From Candidatus Latescibacterota bacterium (GTDB lineage Bacteria; Latescibacterota; UBA2968; UBA8231): a DNA stretch of 64,000 nucleotides. The notes under the pieces were generated by a model. The model saw nothing but the letters and a program-made list of their open reading frames with translations. It made no database searches and was not told the DNA's origin. Position numbers and translations under genes: made by a program. The first letter of the stretch is position 1. Each line of letters starts with the position of its first letter. Of this stretch, positions 10,130-19,049 are shown one piece after another. The stretch is from the NCBI GenBank assembly GCA_965208105.1, contig OZ242318.1:992001-1056000 (forward strand), given 5' to 3'.

Positions 10130-11386
10130 TTACAGCAGATCGTAGGGGATGACGACTATTTCGTCGCGGAGCTGGAAGACCTCTTCTACGGGGGCGACTA
10201 TGATTCCAGGGCCGTGGCGCAGAGCCGGATACGTCTCTCGGAATGCCGTGATGCCGCGCGCATCTGCTTGGGTAATGCGTGCGCTGCTCTTGATTTCCAC
10301 GGGCCAGAAGATCCCATCTCGCTCCAGCAGCAAATCGACCTCGGCACCAGCGAGGGTGCGCCAGTGATACACTTGGGGGGGCATGGTCAGGCAGTGGAAT
10401 TTCCAGTGGATGTCCAGCACTACGTGCGTCTCGAAAAGCGGCCCTAACAGGGGATGGCCAGAAAGGGCCTCGGGCGAGGAAATTCTCTGGAGGAAGGAGG
10501 CTAATCCCGTGTCGGTCAGATACCCTTTGGGTTTGGCGCTGATCCGTTTGATCGTGTTGCCGTGGTAGGGCGGCAGTTCCAGCCACTGGTAGGTCGCCTT
10601 GAGGATGTTCAGCCAGCGCGAGGCCGTCTGCGGGGTAACGCCGATTTCGCGGCCGAACTGACTGTGATTGACCTCCTGCGCCGTCAATGCGGCGCACAGA
10701 CCCAGCAGGCGCGAGAACTGCTGCTGGTCTTGGACACTGGCCAGGCTGCGCACATCGCGCTCAATGTATGTCCGCACGTAGGATTGCATGATATCGACAA
10801 TGACATCCGGCGCTTGATCCAGCGTCCGGGGATAGCCGCCGCGCCACAGCACCTCGAATGCGGTCCGCAGCGGCGCGACGCACGGCACTCGTGCTTGCTG
10901 GTGCAAGTCCGGCAGGTAACCACCGGCCTCCAACAGAATTTCTGACCACACAGGCTCGGCGCGGGTGCCCCACCCCTGGCGTTCACTCAGGGTCAAAGGG
11001 CCTAAATCGAGGACGACGGCCCGGCCGGCCAGACTCTCGCTCACATCGCGGAGTAGTGCCAAGTTCTGCGAGCCGGTGAGGAAGTACTGGCCGGGCGCAT
11101 CGTCGCGATCGACGCGGCGTTTGATAATTGCCAGCAGCTCGGGCGCGTACTGGATTTCGTCCAAGATGACAGGGGGTGGGTGCTGAGCGATGAAAAATTC
11201 CGGGTCTTGACGGGCATTGCCGACGTCAATCACCGGATCAAAGGTAATGTGCGGCATGTCGGGACCGCACAGATGGCCAAGCAGGGTACTCTTGCCGACC
11301 TGGCGAGCTCCGGTCACCAGCAGGACGGGAAAAATTTCTTTATAGCGAAGAATTTTGGTCTCTAAGTGGCGATTTCTATAATTCAT
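10130..11386 (-). CDS. AAA+ ATPase, AAA_14/DUF4143 family, with C-terminal PD-(D/E)xK-like motif
   Basis: GARQVGKS, ILDEIQ, LTGSQ, ESLAGR, GGYP, EVDLL..VEIK. Confidence 0.9.
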   Translation of the reverse strand: MNYRNRHLETKILRYKEIFPVLLVTGARQVGKSTLLGHLCGPDMPHITFDPVIDVGNARQDPEFFIAQHPPPVILDEIQYAPELLAIIKRRVDRDDAPGQYFLTGSQNLALLRDVSESLAGRAVVLDLGPLTLSERQGWGTRAEPVWSEILLEAGGYLPDLHQQARVPCVAPLRTAFEVLWRGGYPRTLDQAPDVIVDIMQSYVRTYIERDVRSLASVQDQQQFSRLLGLCAALTAQEVNHSQFGREIGVTPQTASRWLNILKATYQWLELPPYHGNTIKRISAKPKGYLTDTGLASFLQRISSPEALSGHPLLGPLFETHVVLDIHWKFHCLTMPPQVYHWRTLAGAEVDLLLERDGIFWPVEIKSSARITQADARGITAFRETYPALRHGPGIIVAPVEEVFQLRDEIVVIPYDLL

Positions 11387-11387
11387 C

Positions 11388-11422
11388 CTTGTAAATTAAT
11401 GATGCGATCATCAGTTTACAAG
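11388..11422. promoter_or_regulatory. 35-bp palindrome, putative operator of the AAA-DUF4143 gene
   Basis: CTTGTAAATTAATGAT-gcg-ATCATCAGTTTACAAG abuts the start codon; a similar palindrome lies at 29639. Confidence 0.6.
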
Positions 11423-11458
11423 GAAAACAACTATTCAAACAGACGAAGAGGACGCATC

Positions 11459-11628
11459 TTGAAAAACCACCAGAGCTTGTTCAGTACCGCGCTTATAGCA
11501 TTCCTATTGACCGTCCACCCGACGTTTGGCGCTACGGACGCTCCCAGCGACGCTTACTTTGCTCTCGACCGCGTGCTCGACGTGCACATTGAGATATCCC
11601 CCGAGGATTGGGACCGCCTGTGGCGGGC
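11459..11628 (+). pseudogene. N-terminal fragment of a secreted CotH-like protein
   Basis: Signal peptide, then YFALDRVLDVHIEISPEDWDRL, cut off by the dispersed repeat. Confidence 0.5.
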
Positions 11629-11697
11629 GCCTGACCCTGGCGGTGCGCTCAGCACCTTGACCGAGAGTCCAAATAGGTCCTCATTTTACCTATACTT
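11629..11697 (+). repeat. Dispersed repeat, copy A
   Basis: GCCTGACCCTGGCGGTGCGCTCAGCACCTTGACCGAGAGTCCAAATAGGTCCTCATTTTACCTATACTT; homologous copies at 24905, 26150, 29770, 31734. Confidence 0.85.
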
Positions 11698-11815
11698 GGG
11701 AAACGCTTGAACCGCTCATCGGCCGCCCGGTAAGGCTTCATTTCAAGCTGCGGGCATGCAGGCTGTATGCGTTTCAGTTCATGGACCAGGCCGTGGTCGT
11801 GAGAAGGGGGTGAGA

Positions 11816-12424
11816 ATGGAGAGATTGCTGGTGGCGCGGCATGGGGAGAGAGAAGACACAGATCCCGCCTGGCGAACTACGGCGGCAAGACCGTTTGATC
11901 CCGGCTTGACCGAGAAGGGCCGATCGCAGGCAATGCGATTGGCGCAACGATTGGCAGCGGACAAGATCACTCGGATCTACTCGTCACCCTTCCTCAGAGC
12001 GATGGAAACAGCAGACTGCATAGCCGAAGTGACGAAGTCGCTGATCAGGGCGGAGTCCGGCCTCGGCGAGATGCTGAACCCCGACTGGTTTCCGTCGGCT
12101 CCGGAGATACTTCCCCTTGCCGAGTTGCAGGAACGCTTCCCACGGATCGATCGAACTTACGATTCGACGGTGGAGCCGGTGTTTCCAGAGAATTGGCAGG
12201 ACGTGAACGCGCGGACAAACAAAGTCGTCGAGCGCCTGGTGGGCGAAGAACGAGGAAATGTCGTGATCATAGGGCATGGCGCCACGGTGCTTGCTTTCGT
12301 CACCTGTCTCACCGGAAATGAATATGACGCAGTCGTGGAGTTGGCCAGCCTGACCGAGCTGGCATGGGACGGAAAGGAGTGGCTGCTGACCCGAGAGGGC
12401 GACAGTTCACATTTGGATGAATGA
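11816..12424 (+). CDS. Histidine phosphatase (phosphoglycerate mutase-like)
   Basis: RHGE, SSPFLRA.ETA, GHG. Confidence 0.88.
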   Translation: MERLLVARHGEREDTDPAWRTTAARPFDPGLTEKGRSQAMRLAQRLAADKITRIYSSPFLRAMETADCIAEVTKSLIRAESGLGEMLNPDWFPSAPEILPLAELQERFPRIDRTYDSTVEPVFPENWQDVNARTNKVVERLVGEERGNVVIIGHGATVLAFVTCLTGNEYDAVVELASLTELAWDGKEWLLTREGDSSHLDE

Positions 12425-12449
12425 CCGTTTTTTTGCCTCACAGGGATCG

Positions 12450-13625
12450 ATGGACGACCGTCTGAACGCCTTCTGCAAGGATACGCAGGCATACCTGACG
12501 GGTGCTGAGGCCGGACCGCTGTCCGGTCTCAGCTTCGCCGCGAAGGACATCTTCGACGTGGCCGGGGAGGTCACCGGGGGCGGCAATCCGGACTGGAAGG
12601 CGACCCATGGGAAAGCTGATAGTACGTCGTGGGTAGTTCAGGTTCTGGTCGACGCTGGCGCGACCATGGTGGGAAAGACCCACACTGACGAACTCACTAG
12701 GGGACTCTTCGGGGAGAATGCCCACTACGGCACACCCGTGAACCCGGCGGCTCCCGGGCGGGTCCCGGGGGGCTCGTCCAGTGGTTCGGCAGCGGCGGTA
12801 GCCGGCGAGATGGTGGACTTCGCCCTGGGCTCGGATACCGGAGGCTCGGTGCGCGTACCAGCCAGCTTTTGCGGTATATTCGGCATACGACCCACCCATG
12901 GGCGCGTGCCCATAGATGGCATGTTGCGGAGCGCCCCCGACTTCGACACGGTGGGCTGGTTCGCACGCGACGCTGCGCTGCTTGCACGCGTCGGCGAGAT
13001 TCTGCTGCAAAGCCGGGTAACAACGGCCCGTCCCGACTTGGTTTTGATTGCGGAGGATGGGTTCGAGACCGCCGACGCAGAGGTGGTTGCCGCGTTGCGG
13101 CCCGTGGCGGAGAAGGTGGCGGCCATGGCCGCGGATACGAAGGGGTTGCAACTGTCCGATGCGGGTCTCGGTGCGTGGACGCGGCAGCAATCGGTACTTG
13201 CCGGGCGACAGTCCCTGGCGTCAGCGCAGGAGTGGATCGAGCGGGTGGATCCGCGCTTCGGTTTCGAGGTCGCCCGGCGTTTCACCGACGCCCTTGCCAT
13301 CTCCGACGCCGACGTCGAGCAAGCCCGGACCGAACGCGAAGCAATCGTACAGCGAATGGCAGAGGTGCTCGAAGACGGCGCCGTCGTTTGCTTGCCAACC
13401 ACTCCGATGCCGGCCCCTCCCGTCGGCCTCCCCGTACCTGAGCGCTACGCCAACAGAGCGCGCATCCTCGCTCTCACCTGCATCGCCGGTACCATCGGAT
13501 CGCCGCAGATCAGCCTGCCGCTTACCGCGGTCGAAGGGCTTCCCGTCGGGCTCTCACTGATCGGCGCGCCCGGCACGGACGAGCTGCTCCTCGGCTTCGC
13601 CCGGGAGATCGCTTCAGCACTTTAG
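12450..13625 (+). CDS. Amidase signature family enzyme
   Basis: KD, GGSSSGSA, GSDTGGSVRVPA. Confidence 0.92.
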   Translation: MDDRLNAFCKDTQAYLTGAEAGPLSGLSFAAKDIFDVAGEVTGGGNPDWKATHGKADSTSWVVQVLVDAGATMVGKTHTDELTRGLFGENAHYGTPVNPAAPGRVPGGSSSGSAAAVAGEMVDFALGSDTGGSVRVPASFCGIFGIRPTHGRVPIDGMLRSAPDFDTVGWFARDAALLARVGEILLQSRVTTARPDLVLIAEDGFETADAEVVAALRPVAEKVAAMAADTKGLQLSDAGLGAWTRQQSVLAGRQSLASAQEWIERVDPRFGFEVARRFTDALAISDADVEQARTEREAIVQRMAEVLEDGAVVCLPTTPMPAPPVGLPVPERYANRARILALTCIAGTIGSPQISLPLTAVEGLPVGLSLIGAPGTDELLLGFAREIASAL

Positions 13626-13665
13626 CACTTTGGCTCTCGTTCAGGTATGGGGAGACGAAGGACGA

Positions 13666-16600
13666 ATGCCACGACTGAGTTTGTTATCGACCCTTCTCGC
13701 CGGGGTGATGTTGGCCACTCCAATCATCGAAGCAGAATCGTTGGAGCCTGTGAAGCTCACCGTCAGCGATGAAAGCGGGGTCGCGCGAATACGGGAAGCG
13801 GTGTGTTCCGGGGTCCCGTTCGCGCAGGCAGCCCTGCAGACCAATCAGCCGATGCATGTCCGCGGTCCCGCCGGAGCCATCCCGACGCAGACCATGGTAT
13901 TGGGCACCTGGCCCGACGGTTCGGTGAAATGGCTGCTGGTTCAGTTTCTCGCCGACTGTCCGGCCAACGCGGATTGCGTCTACGACCTCGTTCCCGGTGA
14001 TTCCCCGCTGTCGAAACCCCGGCTGCGGACGGAAAATCGACCTGACGCGATAGTCGTCGACACCGGTCCACTGCGCGTGGAGATGCCGAAGAACAGCCTG
14101 GCCCTGTTTCGATCGGTGCAGCTGCGAGGTGCGACGGAATCAGTCCGGGTTCTCGACGATGTCTCGCCCATGCGGTTCGCGCTGTCGGACGGCAGCGTTC
14201 ACACCTCGTCGGGTGTGGAGCCGGAAATTGTAGAGTTGGAAGAAACGGGGCCGATCAGAGCCACCGTTCGGCAAGTCGGCTGGCTGCAGGATGCAGCCGG
14301 CAACCGCTCTTACAAGGTAGACACGCGGCTGCGCTTCTACGACGGGCAGGCGTACGTCAAAGCGGAACAAACCTTCATCTGCCTGGGTCAGCCCGAGCTG
14401 CATCAAATCAGCGAGATCGCCGTCGGCTTCACCCCCGATCTGGGTGCAGAGCAGCAGTTTATGCTTCCGGCAGATGCGGGGACGATCGAAGGGGAGCTCG
14501 CCAACGGCCATTCGGCCATACTCGCGGCGGACGCCGACATGGTCTGCAAATCGGGTCCGTCGTCGGCGCCACGAGAAGCCGGAAACAAGCTGGATGGTTG
14601 GGCGGTGCTTCGAGGAGACCGCGGCGCCTTCGGGGTGGCGATCCGGGACTTCTGGCATCTGGCGCCCAAATCGATCGAGTTGGCCGCCGGGAAACTGAAG
14701 CTCGCCCTCTGGAGCGGCCACAATGGTGACCTGCTCAAGCTCGGCCGCACCCGCGCAAAGACCCACCACATCCTGTACGCCTTTGGTGCTACGGACGACC
14801 GAATCGCCCAACGCCTTGCAGCCTTCCAGCAACCCCTGATCGCCACCGTCGAGCCGGAGTACTTCTGTCGCACCGAGGTCTTCGGTCCCCTGTCCCCCGC
14901 CGGCGCACCGGAAACGGTCGAATACGACCGCAAGATGCGCGGTCAGTTCGAAACCCTCCGCGACCAGCGCGAGACCATGCCGATAGAAAACGGCATGTTG
15001 CACTACGGCGACTATTACCACGGAGGGTACGGAAACAAGCTGACCCGCGGCGACCTGGAATACGACACCGGTCACGGTTGTTTCCTCCTCTATGCGCGCA
15101 GCGGCCAGCGCGACTACTACGATTTCGCCGTCGCCTGCAACCAGCACTTCATCGACATCGACCTCAACCACGAAACCGGCGAGCAGCGCTACCACGGCTA
15201 CGGTGCGGGGGCGGAAACCCACGAATTGGTGACCACCGGCCACGAGTGGGGCCACGTCTTTGTTGATTGCGCCGCGGACGCCTACTACCTCACCGGCGAC
15301 GAACGCAGTCTCGAGGCGGTGCGCATGATCGCGGATCGGGTCGCCGTCATCGCCGAGGGGGACAGTCACGAGAGGATTCGGAACATCTTCGCCGGCGCAG
15401 AACGGCAGCTGGGCTGGCCGCTCATGGTATTGTGCCGCGCCTACAAGGTAACCGGCGAGGCGAAATACCTCGCAGCGGCCGAGGAGATTGTGGACTATAT
15501 CAAGATCTACGCCCGCGATCCACTGGCCGCGTACCGGGAGGGGAAGTGGTGGCGGTCCTGGATGATGGATGGATGCAAACTGTTCATGACCGGTCAGCTG
15601 CACGATGGCCTGAGCGCCTATTACGCCATCACCCGCGACGAGGAACTGCGCGAGGTGATCACCATCGGTCTGGACTGGCTGATCGACCACATGTGGAATC
15701 CCGAGATCGACGGGTTTGTCTACGAGTTCAACGCGTTCAACCGAAGGAACCGTCTTGCCGGCATCACTTCTCTCAACCTTCTCGGAGTCGATGCCTTTCG
15801 CTTCGGTTACGAAATGACAGGTGACCGTCGTTATCTGTCCGTCGCCACGCGTGCGTTCTGGGCCCGGGTGCAGGAGATGACCGCCGAAACCGACGGCAAG
15901 GCCTTTTCGATGAACGCGCGCAGCTCGCCACACACGGCGGCTTACTTCCATCGCGAAGGCATCACACCGGACGAGCTGCCACCGACTCCCGAACCAGTCA
16001 GACAGACGGCAGCAGCCCCGCCCTCGGAGCCACGGGATGAAATCCTGCTGCAGGCTGTCTTCGATGGCGACCTGCAGTGTGTCACGCCCCATGGAACCCT
16101 TTTGGGACAGCGCGTGGGTCGTTTGGAGTTCGTTCAGGGACGCAAAGCGGGGCATGGCGCCGTCGCCCTCGGCGAGGGTGGCTACGCACGACTGCCGGCA
16201 CCGCCCGAGATGCTTCGCGGACCTGGCTCGGTCGAGTTGTGGATGCGACCCAACTTCAAGCTGGACCCCGAGAGACCCGATCAACGATCGGTGTTCCACG
16301 TGGAGGGCGCGACGCCGCTGGTGAGTTCACTGTCGCTGTCTACCCTCTTCGGGGAACTGCGCGCGCGTTTGAAGGATGATGTCGGCCAACTCCACGGAAC
16401 CGCGGAAGGAGACATCGCCGGATGGGACGCCGGGGAATGGCACCACGTCGTCGTCACCTGGGACGCAGACAGAGTGTTGCTTTACCTGGACGCCATCGAG
16501 CAGACTCGCGACGACGAAGGGAGCCGCTTCGGCGACGGGGTGATCGCGTTGCCGACGGGCGAGCAGACCCGGATCAATCTGGGATGGCGATACGGCAACT

Positions 16601-16689
16601 GGTACTGCAATGCCGCCATTGACGATTTCACCGTCTACGGTCGGACATTGTCTGCTGAAGAGATCGCCGAGCGCTACGCCGGCGGCTGA
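13666..16689 (+). CDS. Large secreted carbohydrate-active-like protein (PcRGLX/YetA-like beta-sandwich plus alpha/alpha toroid, C-terminal LamG domain)
   Basis: Signal peptide, GVPF..WPDGSVKWLL, HYGD, YYLTGDER, C-terminal WHHVVVTWD..LYLD..IDDF.VY. Confidence 0.65.
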   Translation: MPRLSLLSTLLAGVMLATPIIEAESLEPVKLTVSDESGVARIREAVCSGVPFAQAALQTNQPMHVRGPAGAIPTQTMVLGTWPDGSVKWLLVQFLADCPANADCVYDLVPGDSPLSKPRLRTENRPDAIVVDTGPLRVEMPKNSLALFRSVQLRGATESVRVLDDVSPMRFALSDGSVHTSSGVEPEIVELEETGPIRATVRQVGWLQDAAGNRSYKVDTRLRFYDGQAYVKAEQTFICLGQPELHQISEIAVGFTPDLGAEQQFMLPADAGTIEGELANGHSAILAADADMVCKSGPSSAPREAGNKLDGWAVLRGDRGAFGVAIRDFWHLAPKSIELAAGKLKLALWSGHNGDLLKLGRTRAKTHHILYAFGATDDRIAQRLAAFQQPLIATVEPEYFCRTEVFGPLSPAGAPETVEYDRKMRGQFETLRDQRETMPIENGMLHYGDYYHGGYGNKLTRGDLEYDTGHGCFLLYARSGQRDYYDFAVACNQHFIDIDLNHETGEQRYHGYGAGAETHELVTTGHEWGHVFVDCAADAYYLTGDERSLEAVRMIADRVAVIAEGDSHERIRNIFAGAERQLGWPLMVLCRAYKVTGEAKYLAAAEEIVDYIKIYARDPLAAYREGKWWRSWMMDGCKLFMTGQLHDGLSAYYAITRDEELREVITIGLDWLIDHMWNPEIDGFVYEFNAFNRRNRLAGITSLNLLGVDAFRFGYEMTGDRRYLSVATRAFWARVQEMTAETDGKAFSMNARSSPHTAAYFHREGITPDELPPTPEPVRQTAAAPPSEPRDEILLQAVFDGDLQCVTPHGTLLGQRVGRLEFVQGRKAGHGAVALGEGGYARLPAPPEMLRGPGSVELWMRPNFKLDPERPDQRSVFHVEGATPLVSSLSLSTLFGELRARLKDDVGQLHGTAEGDIAGWDAGEWHHVVVTWDADRVLLYLDAIEQTRDDEGSRFGDGVIALPTGEQTRINLGWRYGNWYCNAAIDDFTVYGRTLSAEEIAERYAGG

Positions 16690-16696
16690 TTCTAAT

Positions 16697-16786
16697 ATTT
16701 CGCATACCCAACGAGCCGGAAAGATGAGAATTATCAGTGCACGTTTAATGACGCGCCAGGAAAGGATGATCTATGAAGAAGGCTGA
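16697..16786 (+). pseudogene. BrnT toxin, C-terminal remnant
   Basis: ISHTQRAGKMRIISARLMTRQERMIYEEG overlaps the antitoxin start; the 5' part is missing. Confidence 0.7.
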
Positions 16787-17000
16787 TCCAGACCATCTGC
16801 GTCCAGAATATCGGCATGGAGATCTCGGTTCTGGTGTCCGGGGTAAGTATTTGGAATCCTATCGGTCAGGGACAAATTTGGTTCTACTCCATCCAGACGT
16901 TGCGAAAGCCTTTCCCACGGACGAGGCCGTAAACGATGCCCTTCGATCGTTTATGGACGGAGCCGAAGGATCGATGGACACTACCAGGAGTACCGGTTGA
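16773..17000 (+). CDS. BrnA-like antitoxin
   Basis: LRPEY..GVRGKY..LHPDVAKAFP..AVNDALR. Confidence 0.75.
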   Translation: MKKADPDHLRPEYRHGDLGSGVRGKYLESYRSGTNLVLLHPDVAKAFPTDEAVNDALRSFMDGAEGSMDTTRSTG

Positions 17001-17039
17001 CATACGCAGGCTGTATCTTCCGCTCTTCATGTAACACCA

Positions 17040-17215
17040 TCATTCGGCCAGACGCTTCCCCAGGTTGACATCGCCTTTGTATTCGAGTAGCTGGTAGATT
17101 TCAGCTTGGCCTTTCCTGTGCGAACGTTCCACCTTTCCATTGAGCCGGGGTGAGCTCGACTTGCTGTAGACGTGTTCGATCCCCAGGTCCTTCAGGTGCC
17201 AGTGAAACCGGGCGT
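17040..17215 (-). mobile_element. IS481-like transposase integrase-core fragment
   Basis: FHWHLKDLGIEHVY..PRLNGKVERSHR; both ends missing. Confidence 0.7.
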
Positions 17216-17255
17216 GGACCTGATCGACTACCATTGGGAGGAATGAGCTATGCCG

Positions 17256-17540
17256 ATGAAGAACCTCCCCCATCCAGGGCTTTCGGTGCGGCACGATTGC
17301 CTGGAGCCTTTGGGGCTGAACGTCACGGAAGCAGCCAAGCGCTTGAGCGTCAGCCGCAAGCAGCTTTCCGACATCGTGAACTGTAAGGCGGGCATCTCGC
17401 CTGAGATGGCAATCCGGCTCGACAAGGCCTTCGGGGGCGGCGCCGAGACGTGGCTGCGGCTCCAGGCTGCCTACGACCTGACGCAAGCGATGAAGCATGC
17501 CGATAAAATCAAGGTCGAGCGGCTGTCACCAGTGGCCTGA
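17256..17540 (+). CDS. higA: HigA-family antitoxin (preceded only by a HigB C-terminal stub, VDLIDYH)
   Basis: [41 protein letters not shown]. Confidence 0.85.
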   Translation: MKNLPHPGLSVRHDCLEPLGLNVTEAAKRLSVSRKQLSDIVNCKAGISPEMAIRLDKAFGGGAETWLRLQAAYDLTQAMKHADKIKVERLSPVA

Positions 17541-17649
17541 TACGGTGAAGCGTGCTTAACGGACGACAGGGCGCGTCATGGCTGTTGACTCCACGGGCCG
17601 ATAGCTCTTCATCGTCGACAACAGTGTCTCCGGCTGGACCGGGCCCTGG

Positions 17650-17976
17650 TCACCTGGGCGGCAACGAGGAGATGAACTCGACCGCTTTGGCCACCCATCC
17701 CTTCAGCTGCGCTTGATCGCCGTGGATGGGTTCGGTCAAGTAGACCATGCTCTTGATCGGTTTGCCGGTGAAGTCCATCTCCTCGACGTGAGGTTCCGCT
17801 AACGCCCGGGCCGCACCCTCCTTTCCCAGGCGCAACATGACCCTGTCATCGCTCACGCCACAGCACATGTGGCCGTTCAACATGAAGGCGATGCCGCCGA
17901 ACATCTTCTTCTCCTCGGTGTTTTCGTTGCCCAGCGCCTTGCGCAGGCGAACGGCAATCTTTTCATCGTAGGCCAT
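17650..17976 (-). CDS. TfoX/Sxy N-terminal domain protein
   Basis: MAYDE..EKKMFGG.AFM.NG.MCCGV, MDFTGKP. Confidence 0.85.
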   Translation of the reverse strand: MAYDEKIAVRLRKALGNENTEEKKMFGGIAFMLNGHMCCGVSDDRVMLRLGKEGAARALAEPHVEEMDFTGKPIKSMVYLTEPIHGDQAQLKGWVAKAVEFISSLPPR

Positions 17977-18082
17977 GCGCTCCCTCCACTTTAGCCCTCG
18001 TTCCCATTGCTTATATTCTGTCTCGAATCACTTGAAAAATAGAGGTGCCGCGGCCGGTCATCAAACTCCGGAGGTAATAGTC

Positions 18083-18838
18083 ATGTTCGTTTCCGTCGCC
18101 CCGAGGTCCCTGCCCCTGGTAATTTACCCGCCCAAGAGGATGTCGGTGCTGCAGATATCCGTGGATGAATTTTCGTCGCAGGTCTTTCGTCTCTGGATGT
18201 CGGAGGGCGCAAGCGCCAGGGACCTAAATATCTACAATCAGGCCCAGGTCGGACCCCAGGAATGGATTTCCGAGGAGAACGGAACGGTGCTGCGCTCCCG
18301 CCAGGTAGACGGGGAGATTCTCAGGCTGGACGCGGTTGTCGAGGTAAGAGCCGATCATCTCCAACTGCGCTACGATCTGGTCAATACCGGTGCCCAACCC
18401 CTGGAGAAGATAAAGGTCGGGACCTGCTACCAGCTGGCGGAAGCGAACAGATTCCGCGATCAGGCAGGCGATCGAACCTATGCATGGGTGGGCGGGAAAC
18501 TCAAGAATATCGCCGCCGACGGAATTCCGGCGGAGTGCCACGACCATCACGACCCTGACAAGTCATCGTTCCTGAAGATGCCCGATCAAGACACCGGTGC
18601 CGCCGTGATTGCCGTCGAGGCCACCAGCGGCGGCGCTACGGCAATGGCCTGGGAGACCCACGACTTTTACACCGGGAACACCGACCCCGCTCTGAACTGC
18701 ATCCACGGCGGGCCGGTGGCGGAACGTCTCGATCCGGGTGAGAAGCGCTCGCTCAACGGCTGGCTGGGATGGTCGACGGATCCGGTCGCCCAGCTGTGCG
18801 AGCGCGGGCTGGCGGCCGTGAAAGCGGCGAGCGCGTGA
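18083..18838 (+). CDS. Hypothetical protein
   Basis: GGAGGT RBS before ATG 18083; long ORF with coding-like composition. Confidence 0.65.
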   Translation: MFVSVAPRSLPLVIYPPKRMSVLQISVDEFSSQVFRLWMSEGASARDLNIYNQAQVGPQEWISEENGTVLRSRQVDGEILRLDAVVEVRADHLQLRYDLVNTGAQPLEKIKVGTCYQLAEANRFRDQAGDRTYAWVGGKLKNIAADGIPAECHDHHDPDKSSFLKMPDQDTGAAVIAVEATSGGATAMAWETHDFYTGNTDPALNCIHGGPVAERLDPGEKRSLNGWLGWSTDPVAQLCERGLAAVKAASA

Positions 18839-19040
18839 GCAGCATCCAGGCCGGGGGTCCCGAGGTCCTCCTCAACCCAACCTATACGGCGCGTCCAAAG
18901 CTGCCGCGGCACGGGCCCACGGAAGTTCCCTGGCATCAGGACGCTACCCAGTCGGCGCTGCGCCCCCGGAAGGGGTATCTCATCCGCTCCGGTGCCCACC
19001 CCGAGCGCATCGTCCGGGACGCCCAACACCGGGCGCGGCT
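18839..19040 (+). pseudogene. Internally deleted PhyH remnant
   Basis: GPEVLLNPTYTARPKLP..VPWHQD joined directly to C-terminal-like GYLIRS..HPE. Confidence 0.55.
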
Positions 19041-19049
19041 GAAATTCCA

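Noticed and set aside
14140-16299. Long antisense ORFs (also 2282-3517, 20498-22858, 35802-37739, 57561-59102, 62162-63535)
   Set aside because: They are shadows of well-supported genes on the opposite strand in GC-rich DNA and show no motifs.
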